64,000 bases of DNA from Lama guanicoe (Eukaryota), in contig MU054187.1 of NCBI GenBank assembly GCA_013239625.1, forward strand, positions 11,855,893 to 11,919,892, read 5' to 3'. Positions 36,150 through 48,640 of the stretch are shown here, piece by piece (within the stretch, counting starts at the first letter, position 1; each line of letters begins with the position of its first letter). Under the pieces are notes generated by a model. It made no database searches. It worked only from the letters and a program-made list of their open reading frames with translations, and had not been told where the DNA came from. The position numbers and the translations under genes are program-made.

Positions 36150-37990
36150 TCTATAAACGTCTGTGAGATCAAGTTGGTAGGTGGTCTTGTTGAAATCGTC
36201 TGTACCTTTACTGATTTTCTACTTGTTCTGTCAGCTGTTGAAAGTTGAGTTTTGAGATCCCAGCTGTAATTGTGAATTTGTCTCCTTTTTACGTTTCTAT
36301 CAGTGTTTCCTTTGTGTGTATTATGTCTTTGTTATTAGGTGTGCGTATCTTAATTGTTACATATTCCTGATGTTTGACCCATTTTTTACTGTGAAATGCC
36401 CCTCTTTGTCTGTATTAACATTTGAGTCTTAAGTTTGTCTCTTGTTATGCACCTTTTAGTTAGATCTTGCTTTTTCTTAATCCAACCTGATAGTCTGTCT
36501 TTTGGTTGAGATGCTTAGGCCATTCACATTTAATGTGACTATATGGATGTGGTTGGATTTACATCTCTATGCGTATATTTGGGGATGTTTTTATTTTGCC
36601 TTCGTTTTTTGAAAGATAGTTTTGCTGGGTATAGAATTCTTAGTTGATAGAAATTTTTTCCTCTTACCATTTTAAATTAGTCATCCTACTGGTTTCTTGA
36701 ATTCATTGCTTCTCAGAAGAAGTCATAATCATATTTTGTGTCTTTTTTCCTCTTGTGGCTTTCATGATTTTCTCCTCTTTGGTTTTCAACAGCTTCAGTC
36801 TATTGTGTCTGAGATGTGGATCTGTGTTTATCCTACGTGGATCTGTGTTTATCCTACTTGGGATTTGTTAGTTTTGGGAGCTGTAGATTAATATTTTTCA
36901 TCAAATCTGGGGTTTGGGGCTGTATCTGTTCAGGTACTTTCTCTGCCCCTTTTTTCTCTTCCCTCTTTTTTCTGTGGGGGTGGTGCAGAATTCCCATTAT
37001 GCACATGTTTGTATACTTAATGTTGTCTACCAGGTATTTAAGACTTTTTTTTTTTTAGTTTTAATTTTTTAGTGTTTTTTTCTTAAACTTTTTTTATTGA
37101 GTTATAGTCATTTTACAATGTTGTGTCAAATTGACTTTATTTTTATTTAGTGATTTTTCTTCTGTTCTCCAGATAGAGAGTAATAGAAGTTGCACAGTCT
37201 TAAAATTGTATAGTGATTCTTTTTTTCTGCCATTTCAGAGCTGCTGTTTTGTCCAGCTAGTGAATTTTTCATTTCGGTCATTGTACTTTGCACCCCCAAA
37301 ACTTTCTTTTAGTGCTTTTTTCATTAAATCATTGTTACCATATTTTCCTTTGTTACCATGTTTTCTCTGGTTTTTTGAACTCTTTGAACATATGTATTAC
37401 AGCTGCTTTGAAGGTGTTGTCTACTAAATCCAGCATGTGGACCATCAGAGTTAGTTTCTGTTAACTGATTTTCTTCCTGAGGACGGCTCACGCTTTCCAG
37501 TGTTTTTGCATAGCTCATAATTTTTTATTGAAAACTGGACATTATTGATTGTGATGTGTCATCTGGATTCTGACCTTTTATTTTAAGACTTTTAAATGTT
37601 GCTACAATTCTTTGACTATGTTATATGTTTGTTTTGTAACATATCTGGAATTACTCTTTGAAATCTCCCTACTGATGTCACATACCTACTGATGTCACAG
37701 CTTTGCTTTTCTGTTTTCATTTTTGTTTTCTAGCCTGAATTCTAATATTTGCTCTATATCTGCTTGGCATAGCACCCAAGCCTGCTGAATTTTCCCTTCT
37801 GTGGATGGATCTCTCTGCATGGGTAGGGCAGGGAAGCCATGGAAGTCAGTGTCCTGGCAGTTTTCCTGTCTGTGTACTCAACTCTTCCTGCACTCTTCAT
37901 ATGCACTGGGTCATCCAAGCCTCCAGGGAGTTCTCACTGAGCCCTTCTCTGCTCTCTGACTTCCAGGATCTTCTTGCTAGATCTCTGGCT
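36150..37990 (-). mobile_element. Old L1 fragments
   Basis: Antisense ORF2 N-terminal and ORF1-like T-rich motifs; short young L1 tail at ~37,045-37,132. Confidence 0.6.
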
Positions 37991-38336
37991 AGTTATCAGG
38001 TCTGGGATCAGGGTTCCCCGGGCAGGAATGGGAACCGCCTCCAGCCAGGCCCGGTCTGCAGAGCCCTGTAGCCTGGATACTAGCTGTGCTGGATCCCCAT
38101 ACTGGGGCAGTCCTATGGTGACTGGAGCCCAGACTTCCCTGCCCCACCTGCAGGGAGAGGGGTAAGGCAGTCAGCTTGGGAAGGGGTGCACTTGAGTGAG
38201 AGGGGGTCCTGAAGTGAGGGGAGACAGGCTGAAGGGTAAGTGGCTGGTCTGAGTGGAATTGACCTAGCTGAGGGGGGCCATCTCAAGATGTTGGGGGTCC
38301 TGCAGTGAGACATGAGGGGTGAGCTTGGGGTGTCAG

Positions 38337-38612
38337 GGCCATAGGTTAGTACCTAGCGGGGTGGAGTGTGTTGGCAGGGGACCTGGGTGTGAGAAGGAGC
38401 CTTGGCTTGGGGGTCCGGTCTGTCACTGGGCCTGGCCAGGGGTGGGGACATAGTAACGGGGAGGGGGAGGCGAGCAGGGGGAGTGGGGCTGGAGGTGTGT
38501 GGCCTGGTCTGGGCCAGTGGCGGTTCTGGTAGAGTGCCAGGACCTGGTCTGTGGCAGAGTCAGGGCGTTGGGTATGGATACTTGGCAGGGCAGGCAGGGG
38601 GGCGGGCAGGGG
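38337..38612 (+). repeat. Diverged direct copy of CpG-island flank 15,187-15,450
   Basis: Both begin ggccataggttagtac(c/t)tagcgg and stay colinear through agtaacgggg, gcgagcaggg, gtgtggcctgg, gtgccaggacc. Confidence 0.85.
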
Positions 38613-39759
38613 GATAAGGATATCCTCTTAACGTGAGTTTTATAGTTTGGCTTTTTACATTTTATCTGGAATTTATTTTTGTAAACAGACCAAGAGAGAG
38701 ATTTATATATTTTTTCCATGTGGATGACTGATGTTCCGCGTGCCATTTTATTGTCCTTTCCTCCCTTATTTTTAATGCCATACACCAAACTCCCAAATAT
38801 ACATAGCTGTTTCTGCGGATTCTGTTCTCTCTTTTTTGGTCATTTTTCTTTCCTTATACTAATACCACAGATTTTAATGAAAACAGTTTTAGAATAAGAT
38901 TTATTAGTTGAAAGAAAATTCTTCCCTCGTCATTTTTTTTCTTTAAAACCCTTTGGCTGTTCTTGGCCTCTTACTATTTCATATCAATTTAGGAATCACA
39001 TTGTCACATACCTTTATAAATAATACATTTTCTAGGATTTTGATGAAGAAATGCATTGAATTTATAGATTCATTCCAGGAGAATTGACATTTTATGGTAT
39101 TTTCACATCCAGGACCATGGTTGCCTTTTAAAACTGCCCTTTGTGCTCTTTGGTGAGGTTTTATCACTTTATATAATATCTTACTTGTCTCTTGCATATT
39201 TTCTTAAATTTGTTCCAAGATACTTATACTTCTTGTTAACATTCTAAAGGAAATTTTTTGAAATGACATTTTTTACTGATTACTGTTGGTGCATGTTACT
39301 AAGTTCAGCATGTTGTTTTATATCTAGCAATGAGGCTGAAGTGTTTTTTCATTCAGATAGTGTCTAGATTTTTATTATAACCATAATATTTTGTGAGAAC
39401 CATGGTAGTTTTTTTCCTTTCCAACCTTAGGCTTTTTTCAGTCTCCTGTCAGAGGTCTAGGAGCTCTGGGGTTTTATTGAAAAGAGGCAGTGACAGTGTG
39501 CACTGTCATTCCTGATTTAAAAGTGAATGTGTCTAACATTTTATATTAAATATGGTTTTTATTGTAGGATTTTGATAGCTTTTTTTTAAATTAAATTACA
39601 AAAGTTCCATTCCCAGTTTGAGTTAGAGTGTTTTAAATTGCTTTTACTTTACTCAAGATGTATATTGTTTTTATTTTTCTCAAGAACGGGTGCTGTGCTG
39701 CATTTTATCAAATGATTTTTTTCTCTATGGAGATGATCACATATTTTCCTTCTTTGATC

Positions 39760-40450
39760 TGTTAACCTGTTCATGTGTTATTTGTGCTTCTCTTTTTCCT
39801 TAGTAAGAATTATTCTACTTTATTAGTCTTCCCAAAGACTAATTGGGGATTGTTTAAAACCTCTGTTGTTTCTCTGTTGATTCTGTGAAGTTCTTTTCTG
39901 TACTTACTTTCTTTGTTTTATCGTAGCTTAATTGGCATTTCTCCTTTATTCCCTGGAAACTTAGTTTATGAATTTTTATTGGGATCCCACAAGCTAATGT
40001 GTAGTGGTTTCATTGTCATTTTGTTCTAAATATTTTGTGTATAGTTACACTTGTCAATTTCTGGTGTATATTATTATTGTTTATATATTCATGTTACCTT
40101 TTGTGTAGTGGATACACATAATTCAGGCGCACAAACAACTTTTAAAATAAAAAAGTGGAAAAAAAAATGAATGACCCTGGTTCAGTTAGAGTCCCAAATG
40201 GGCCACTCCAAGACTAGAAAGTCAAATATTTGCATATTACACTGTAAAGTAGCATACTTCTAGGGTTTGAATTCATGTTTTATTATCCAGGTTTTTTTTC
40301 CCATTCTTAATAGACTCTTCTGACTCTGTGAACAAGATTTGTGAAGGTTTGTCATTTCCTTTTTCCTAGATTACTCAGAAGTATCAACTTCATGAAGTCA
40401 CTGCCTATAACTATTTGAAAAGAAAGGAGATATTCATGGTGCCTTTTTAA
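39760..40450 (+). repeat. Copy 1 of a ~680-bp diverged direct duplication
   Basis: Colinear with 46,571-47,223, e.g. gtcccaaatgggcca(c/t)tccaagact and aagtatcaacttcatgaagtcactgcc. Confidence 0.9.
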
Positions 40451-40669
40451 TAATGCTAGAGGTAAGATTTTACTCTGTCTGCTTTGTCATGTTTCTATCT
40501 AGCCCTCTATCCATTTATCAATCCCATCTTTTTTATTTGATGTATAAAACTGTAAGTTTTCATCATTCCATCTCAATTTCTTATGTCTCTAAGTTGCAGA
40601 CAGTAGTACATTTTATCTGTAAATATTTCTATCACATGTGCCATTGACTGGAGTTGCTTTCTTTGTGGC

Positions 40670-42170
40670 ATTTTTTTGAGGTAAAATAACCATACGCAAT
40701 GCACAAGTTTTAATTGTGGTATTTATTGAGTTTTAACAAATGCATACGTCTGTGTAACTCTAGTCCCCAACAAAATAGAGAACATTACCTTCAACCCAGA
40801 AAGTTCCTTCATAGTCAGTCCCCACTTCCATCCCCCAGAGATAACCACACTTCTGATTTTTTTTCCATTGTTGATGAGTTTTGCCTGTTTTATTCATTCA
40901 TATTAATGGAATCATTCAGTAGCTACTCTAGTATAATTCTCCTTTCACTCAGCATAATGTTTTTGAGGCTTATCTCTCTCACTGCACATGTCAGTCCTTG
41001 TGCCTATTACTGCTGAGCACTGTTTAACTGTAGGAAGACACCACCGCTTAGCCATTCTCCTGTTGACTGACACCTGGGCTTGTTCTAGTTTTTGACTGTT
41101 ACAAGTACAGTTGCTGTGACCACTCTTGTACTGAAATGCTCTCCTTTCCCTGGAGTCACTACCAAGGAGTGGGGCTGGGATATCGCAGGGTAGGCATCGG
41201 TTTAGTTTTGAAAGCAATTAGCAGGCATTTTTCCAAGGTGATTGTGGCATTTCACGTTCCATCAGTGATGTACGAGAGTTGTGGTTGCTCCACATTTCTC
41301 ACCAGCAGTTGGTGTCCTATTGGTTTTTCAAAATTTTTTTCTATTCTTTTAATTGTTGTAAAATAACAAAATTTATTACCATTTCAGTGGCATTAAGTAC
41401 ATTCACATTGTTCTGCAGCCATCACCACCTTTCATCTCCAGATCTTTTTGAACTTCCCAAACTTGTTAGGTAATTATTCCCATTCTTCCATGCCCCTGGC
41501 AACCACCATTCTACTTTAGACTCTATGCATTTGATTACTCTAGATACTTCATATGAGAGGAATCAAACAGCATTTGTATTTTTTTTTTTTTGGTGATGAT
41601 AGATAATTAAGTTTGTTTATTTTTAGAGAACGTCCTGGGGATTGAACCCAGGACCTTGTATACGCTAGGCATGCGCTCTACCACTGGGCTATACCCTCCC
41701 CAGTATTTGTCCTCTTTGTCTCTAGCTTACTGCACTTAAACCATAACATCTTCAAGATTTATCCATGTTGTGGCACGTAACAGAATTTCATTCATTTTTT
41801 AAAGCTAAGTAATACTCCATTTTATGTATGTACCACATTTGGTTTTTCCATTCATCCATCCATGGACACTTGGGTTGCTTCCACCTTTTGACTCTTGTGA
41901 ATAATGCTGCTATGAACATGAGTGTGCAAATATCTTTTTGAGTCCTTACTTTCAATTCGTCAGGATATATACTGAGAAATGATACTGCTGGATTAAATGG
42001 TAATTCCATTTTTAATTGTCTCAGGGACCACCGTACCATTTTCCATAATGGCTGTATCACTTTACATTCTCACCGATAGTGCACCAGGGTTTCAGCTTCT
42101 CCACATCCTCACCAACACATGTTGTTTCCTGTTTTCTTGATGGTAGCCATTGTCGTGGGTGTGAAGCATT
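40670..42170 (-). mobile_element. Adjacent L1M 3' ends
   Basis: ORF 41788..42060(-) MFIAALFTRVKRWKQPKCPW is L1 ORF2 C-terminus. Confidence 0.75.
41578..41700 (-). mobile_element. tRNA-derived SINE (Vic-1-like) with TSD
   Basis: 'ctggggattgaacccaggaccttg...gcatgcgctctaccactgggctataccctcccc'; TSD cagcatttgt (41,568-41,577) / cagtatttgt (41,701-41,710). Confidence 0.85.
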
Positions 42171-42379
42171 ACGTATCAGTTTTTAAACATTGTCACCTAG
42201 CTAGGAATAGATTAGGGATGTCTTATTTTTAATTTAAGAAAATGGTTCATATTGGCTTCCTGTTTTTTTCTAGCCATATGATTTTGAAACAGGCCAGGAA
42301 CACTATTCCACAGAGCATTTGTGTAGGCTCTTACCCTCTTTTAGTCTCTGCATTACCCTGACATCTCTTTTTTCCTTTG

Positions 42380-43130
42380 TAATTTATTTGTTGATGACAT
42401 CATGAACCTAATTTTAAAGGGTAAGTAAAAGTACTCTTGGCATGGATAGGGAGTGGAGAAGCTGGAGATCCTCCCAGGGAATGAGATGACCATTTGCAAA
42501 GGCATAGGAATATGAAGAAATACAAGCTTGTAGGAGGGGAACCAGCAGCCTTATGGGGGCACAACTGTCCATGTATAGGCAGGTCAGGCTAGAGACTAAA
42601 GTTAGGTCCAGATTTGGAAAGATTTTGTAAGACATACTGTAAAAGAATTAGAACTGGTAATGATTTCACACAGGATCAACTGAAGGTTTTTAAACAAGTA
42701 ACTGATGTGATACTGTGTTTCATAAAGACTGCTCTGTGGACCCTAGGAGGATCTATGAGAGGAAGGTGGAGAAGGGGGAGGGAACACCAGAAGCAGAGAG
42801 CACTTGGGGGCATACTGCAGTAGTACAGGTGTGACTCAGTGAGGACATGAACTGGGTGTGGCAGTTGTCGTGAAGTGAGAGGAGGTGGATTTGAGAACTT
42901 ACTGATCATTTGAATGGGATACGGGGTGAAGGAGAGGGGGTTAATGATGACTCTGAACTTTAGCTTAACATGAGCCTGTGAGGAACCTCAGGGAAAGGAG
43001 CAGATTTGGGTAGAAGGGATAGATAAAGATCAGCTTCAGCTTGTATTAAGAAGCCTTTGGAACACCAGTTAAGGGTCTGTAAGAATCCAGAATTCAGCAG
43101 AGTAGAGGATCCTGCAGCTGTGTGTTGAGG
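42380..43130. mobile_element. L2 remnant
   Basis: Purine-rich degenerate L2-like motifs (gaaggtttttaaacaag...gatgtgatactgtgttt...aagactgctctg). Confidence 0.5.
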
Positions 43131-44074
43131 AGAGGCCACACCCAAGGCTGTGCACTACGCTGTTGCGATAGACTTGTCATGTCCTTTTTATTCCCAAACA
43201 TCCCTCTTTCTCATAACCCAGTATGAATTTTATTCCCTTACTGTAAGTTTGGGTTAATCCTAATCTTCATTGCTTTGCCTAAAGAATGTCATTATTGACT
43301 CTGTGGTGGTACAACGGAAGTGAAAGTGGGGCACAATTGGTGATATTTGGTATTTTGAATCTGTTCCAGTGCAACTAGTGATGCTTTCTGTATACAGAGT
43401 GAGTCTCATCTAAATGACAGAGATCACTCTTAATAACTTTGTTGTTTCTTGGGTTTTATCTTTAAAATATGTTAATTCAGATATTGGTGGATTAGAGATA
43501 TAAAGTGTTCCTTTTTCCTCCTAGAGACTGCAAAGCAAGCTTCCAGAGAGAACACATCAAGATGAACGTAAGTTCTTGAGTATAATTGACAATTTGTTTT
43601 TCCATGGACCCTATGTTTTAAAAAATATTAAATGATAACTGTATATATTAAACAGTAATTACATTGACTTGCATAATTACTGTTTATCCACTTTAATAGT
43701 GATCCCAATTTTGTCTTTGTTTTCAAGGGCTTCTAGTAGGAAGTGAAAGAAACTGTTGTGATTTTGTGCTGCTAATTGTCAAGAAAGGTCATTGTACAGG
43801 AACTTAGGTGCTCTTCATTGATCCTGATGAATTTTTTGGCTGCTTTTGTACTTGCATTTTGGTTATTATAAATGAAGTACATACTAACACCGTAAAAATT
43901 ACTATAATGTGCTGAACAACAGCAAAGTGGGCTTCTAATCAGTAAGTAGTAGCCAGTTTTTCTGTATTGAATTTATATAATTTTAGCACAATGCAGCAAA
44001 ACTTGACAGTTTAGAATTTTAAATATCTTTGTCACAGATACATAATTTCCATGACATTCCTTGGTAGTAAAAAT

Positions 44075-45300
44075 TATTTATTTTATAAAATTGTGGTACA
44101 ATATACATAACATAAAATTCACTATTATAACCATTGTTAAATACTCGGTTCAGTGGCAATAAATATATTCACATTGTTGTGCAGTCTACCACCATCCATC
44201 GCCAGAACCATTTCAGCTTCCCAAACTAAAACTCTGTATCCATTAGACAGTTACTCCCTATCCATCCTCCTGACCCAGCCCCATTAACCATTCTCCTTTC
44301 TGAATTTGATTATTCTATGTATCTTGTATAAGTGGAATCAAGCCATATTTGTTGTTTTTTGTCTAGCTTATTACATTTAGTATTACGTTTTCAAGATTGA
44401 TCCATGTTGTGGCACATGTCAGAATTTCATCCTTTTTGTTTTTTTAAGTGGAAAGATAGCCAGTTTACAGTATTGTGTCAATTTCTGGTATATAGCATAA
44501 TGTTTCAGTCATACATACACATACATAGATTATTTTTCATATTCTTTTTCATTATAGATTACTACAAGATACTGAATATAGCTCACTGTGCTATACAGAG
44601 GAAACTTGATATTTATTCTATATATCGAGTAGTTAGTATCTGCAAGTCTCAGACTCCCAATTTATCCCTTCCCACCCCTTTTCCCCCTTGGCAACCATAA
44701 ATGTGTTTTCTGTCTGTGTGTCTTTTTCTGTTTCGTAAATAAGTTAATTTTTGTAAATGAATTTCATTCATTTTTAAGGTTAAATAGTAATCAATTTTAT
44801 GTATATACCACATTTTGTTTATCCATTCATTCATCCATCCATGGGTTACTTCCATCTTCTGACTATAGTGAATAATGCTGTTAGGAACATGAATGTGCAA
44901 ATATCTTTTTGAGTCCCTGCTGTCAATTCTTCTGGGTATACACCAAGAAGTGAGATTGCTGGATTAAGTGGTAATTCTATTTTTAATTTTTAAAGGAACC
45001 ACTGTATCATTTTCCATAATGGTGTATCATTTTACATTCTCGCCAGCAGTGCACAAAGTGTTGCAAGGCTCTACGTCTTCACTGACACTTGTCATAGTCT
45101 ATTTTCTTGATAGTACCCAGCCTAATGGGTATGCGGTAGCATCTCAGTGTAGTTTTGATAGGCATTTCCCTAATGATTAGTGATGCTGAGCATCTTTTCT
45201 TGGCCTTATTGGCCATTTGTGTGTTGTCTTTGGAGAAATGTCCATTAAAATCCTTTGCCCATTTTTGAATTGGATTGTTTTGGATTGTTTTCCTATGACT
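44075..45300 (-). mobile_element. L1M 3' end with nested younger L1 tail (~44,440-44,750)
   Basis: ORF 45079..45312(-) [17 protein letters not shown] is L1 ORF2. Confidence 0.8.
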
Positions 45301-45809
45301 TGATGTTTTCAAATAGCCCTCCTGAGGTTCAGAGAATCACTTCGTAGGTGATTTTTAGATTGTTTTACTCTTTTAACACACTGATACATTTCTTGGACTC
45401 CTTAGCCCACATATTCCTTTAAACACCTTTACCCTAATTCTGTGTAGATTATTTGTTTTTGGAACTTCCATAAACACTTGGTTGGCTTTTTCATATTTAG
45501 TTCAGCTAAACCTTAATTAATATTTTTGTATTGTCAGTATGTGTTCAATTTGGCTGTTAGATTTGTTGCATTTATTGCATTTTTATTTTTTCAATTTATT
45601 GTTATGAAAGTAATTTCTGCAGACTTTACATGAAAGATTGAGGGAAAAGTAGGAAGAGAGCTTCCCCAAGATCACTATAGTGATTTGTGGGTGATGTGTC
45701 TGGAGAAGTCAGTTTGTTCAATTCCAGTGAAGATAAATTTCTCAGTAATAGTCTTGTAATTACCATTTACTGTCAGATCCAATTCTGACTGTAGACTTAA
45801 GAGTTCTGG

Positions 45810-46550
45810 AGTATTTGCTAATTACAGGGCACTGTCCTAGTTCCTAAGGGTTACACACAGATGGCTAAAACACAGTCATCACCCAAAGAACTGCAGTCTC
45901 TTGAAGGAGACAGGTAATGTAAATTAAAACTTCTAATGCAGGTAGAATTGTGTTTCACAAAAAAGGTACAGTGAGAGTGGCAAAGGATTATGGGAAATAA
46001 GGGAATTATTTGTAACTGATGGATCAGAGGTACTTTCATGGAAGATGTGACGCTGAAACCAAGACTGGAATGAGAATAGGAATTTGAGAGGCAGAAGCAA
46101 GGGAAGTGTCTTGTAGGCTGAGGGGAGCATGATCGTGAAAACACCTGGGCTGGTCCCCTTGGGGAGCAGGAGATGACCCAGTGATACAAGAGTGGGAGGT
46201 GAGAAGGTGTAGCGGAATGTTTTCCTGTGTTTACTTAGGGTCGGAGGTTGGCTGACATTCTGCTTTAAAAAAAACAGATGTCTTTGATGGGTTTTGTGAG
46301 TGAGACTGATGTGTTTGGCTTTGTGTTGAAGAGAGCTCTAGTGTTGGTATAAAAGGGAATGAGGAAGGCAAGACTTGGAAAATGTAACGAAGGGGCTGCT
46401 TACAGAAGTGCAGTTGAAGTGTGGAAGGGCTCCCCAGGGTGAAAGGAGTTGGGCATATGGGAACATGGACGTAGAAGTAACAACACGAACAGTTTGTCTG
46501 AATGTGTGGGTGAGGGGCAGACAGGAAGGCATCATAGATGGTGGAGATTT
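45810..46550. mobile_element. L2 remnant
   Basis: 'caggcactgt'-type start and 'ttcatggaagatgtgacgctgaa...aagactggaatgagaatagg' motifs. Confidence 0.55.
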
Positions 46551-46570
46551 ATAAACTGGCTGATTTAAAG

Positions 46571-47223
46571 TGTTAACCTGTTAATATGTTATGTGTGCTC
46601 TTTTTTCTTAGTAGGAAAGTATTCTACTTTATTAATCTTTTCAGAGACTAATTGGGGATTTTTAATAACTGTTGTTTCTCTGTTTTTATGACATTCTTTT
46701 CTGTACTACTTTTGTTTTATCGTAGCTCAATTGGTATTCTTTTCTCACTAGAAACTCTTAGTTTATGAATTTTTATTGAGGTTCCACAAGCTAATGGTGT
46801 CATTGTCATTTTCTAAATATTTTGTGTATAGTTAACACTTGTCAATTTCTGGTGTATACTATTATTGTTTATACGTTCATGTTACCCTCTGTGTCATGGG
46901 TACACATAATTCAGGTACATAACAACTTTTAAAATAGTGGGAAAAAAATGAATGGCCCTGGTTCATTTAGTGTCCCAAATGGGCCATTCCAAGACTGGAA
47001 AGTCAGATGTTTGCACATTATACTGTGAAGTAGCATACTACTACGGTTTGAATTCATTATTTATCATCATTTTTTTTCCCCATCTTAATAGGATCTTCAG
47101 ACTCTAGGAATAGGATTTATGAAGGTTTATCTTTTATTTCCTAGATTACCCGCAAGTATCAACTTCATGAAGTCACTGCCCTTCTATTAGAAAAGAAAGG
47201 AGATGTTCATGGTGCCTTCTTAA
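46571..47223 (+). repeat. Copy 2 of the ~680-bp duplication, ending at the AT-to-GC junction
   Basis: Homology to copy 1 stops at ...ggtgccttcttaa (47,223). Confidence 0.9.
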
Positions 47224-48640
47224 CCAGGAAGCCACCCACGCCCAGCTCCTGCTGTGCCTAGAAGACCTGTCAGGAAGGACGCCAGGAGGGGGCTGCAGAA
47301 CAGTGACCGACCTTGGGTCACTGCTGGGCCCAGGCAGCAAGAAGCATCTAGTCCCTGTGGGCAGGAGGCCAGCATATGAACGGACAGCAGAGCAGAGGTG
47401 CTGGCACCAGGAGGCCGGGCGGGCACTGGGGTACGGACTTCAGTCTCCCTTCTCCACCTGCTGGCCTAGCTCTGTGTGGGGCGATGGCTGACCAAGGGCT
47501 TTAGGAAGGGTGGGAAAACTGAGGTTAGAGGCAGAAGAACTTCCCAGGGTTCACGTGGGGGCGAGTCCAGGGTGGGTGGTGCTGGCTTCCTGAGGCCAGG
47601 ACAGCTCTGCTGCATCCCCGCTCACCTGGGCCAGGAGCACCCCCTCCCCTGGGTGTGAGTGGGTGGCACACGGCCAGCACCCTCTCCTTGAGCAGGGCAG
47701 GTCACCCCAGGGTCACGAGATTGGGGTCAGTCTGTGAGTTCAGGTGTGGGTACTCCCACCTCCTCACTGTGACCCTGTCTGAGCCTCAGTTTCTTCACCT
47801 TGAAATGGGGGGAGGGTAACAGTGCCAGCCTGGCCAAGGCAGGAGGCAGTGGTGGGTCCAGGCTTTAGCTCCAGGAGAGTCGGGAGGGGTTAAGGGAGGA
47901 AGGGAGCTTCCTGGCAGGAGCGCAGGTGGGAGACTGAAGGGGGCACCTGAGGGGCCATGTGACAGGGAGCAGGGTTGGTGGGGCAGAGAGGAGGCAGTTG
48001 GATGTCAGAGTCACAGCCAGAGACTGAGGTTTGACCCCACCTTCATCCTCCAAAGAATAGGTCACTCTTGATGGGAGGAGGCAGAGGTGGGAGGGGTCTC
48101 TGCACTGACATGGGCTCAGGTTCAGAGAGTGGGGCTGCAGGGAGGCTGGGAGATGCCTGGAATGATCTTTCTCCTCTGCCCCGCTGTCCTCCATCCCCTC
48201 TGGCTGGGTTTGTAGATCCCTCCCTGAAAGATGGGGTTGGAGAGGGAGGGGTAAGTTCAGAGAGGCCACAGAGGCCCAGAATGGTAATGACCCCCATGGG
48301 GCTTGCAGGCAGGCCCAGAGCCCATGGGGCCATGCCAGTCTGTCCGTCAAGATGGGCACAGCCGAGGCTACTGTTGGCTGTGGCCCTGGCTGGGGCTGCC
48401 CACTGCTCCCACCCAGGCCTAAGTGGGAGAGGGCATGCCGGGTCCCTGGCTTCCTGTCACCCCCTGCCCTTCCAGGTGAACACACTGGCAGATGGCAGAC
48501 AGGTGCATAGAACAGGTGCTTGAGAGCAGGGCCAGAGCCTGTGTCAGGGCCCCAAGCTCGGGGTGGGCACTGCCCCCAGCATGCCCGAGTCCCATCCTCC
48601 CCAAAGGACTCACAGTTCCCTCTTTCGGTTTCTCTTCCAG

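Noticed and set aside
33470..41700. tRNA genes at ~33.5 kb and ~41.65 kb
   Set aside because: tRNA-like heads carry AT-rich tails, and a TSD at 41.6 kb; these are SINEs.
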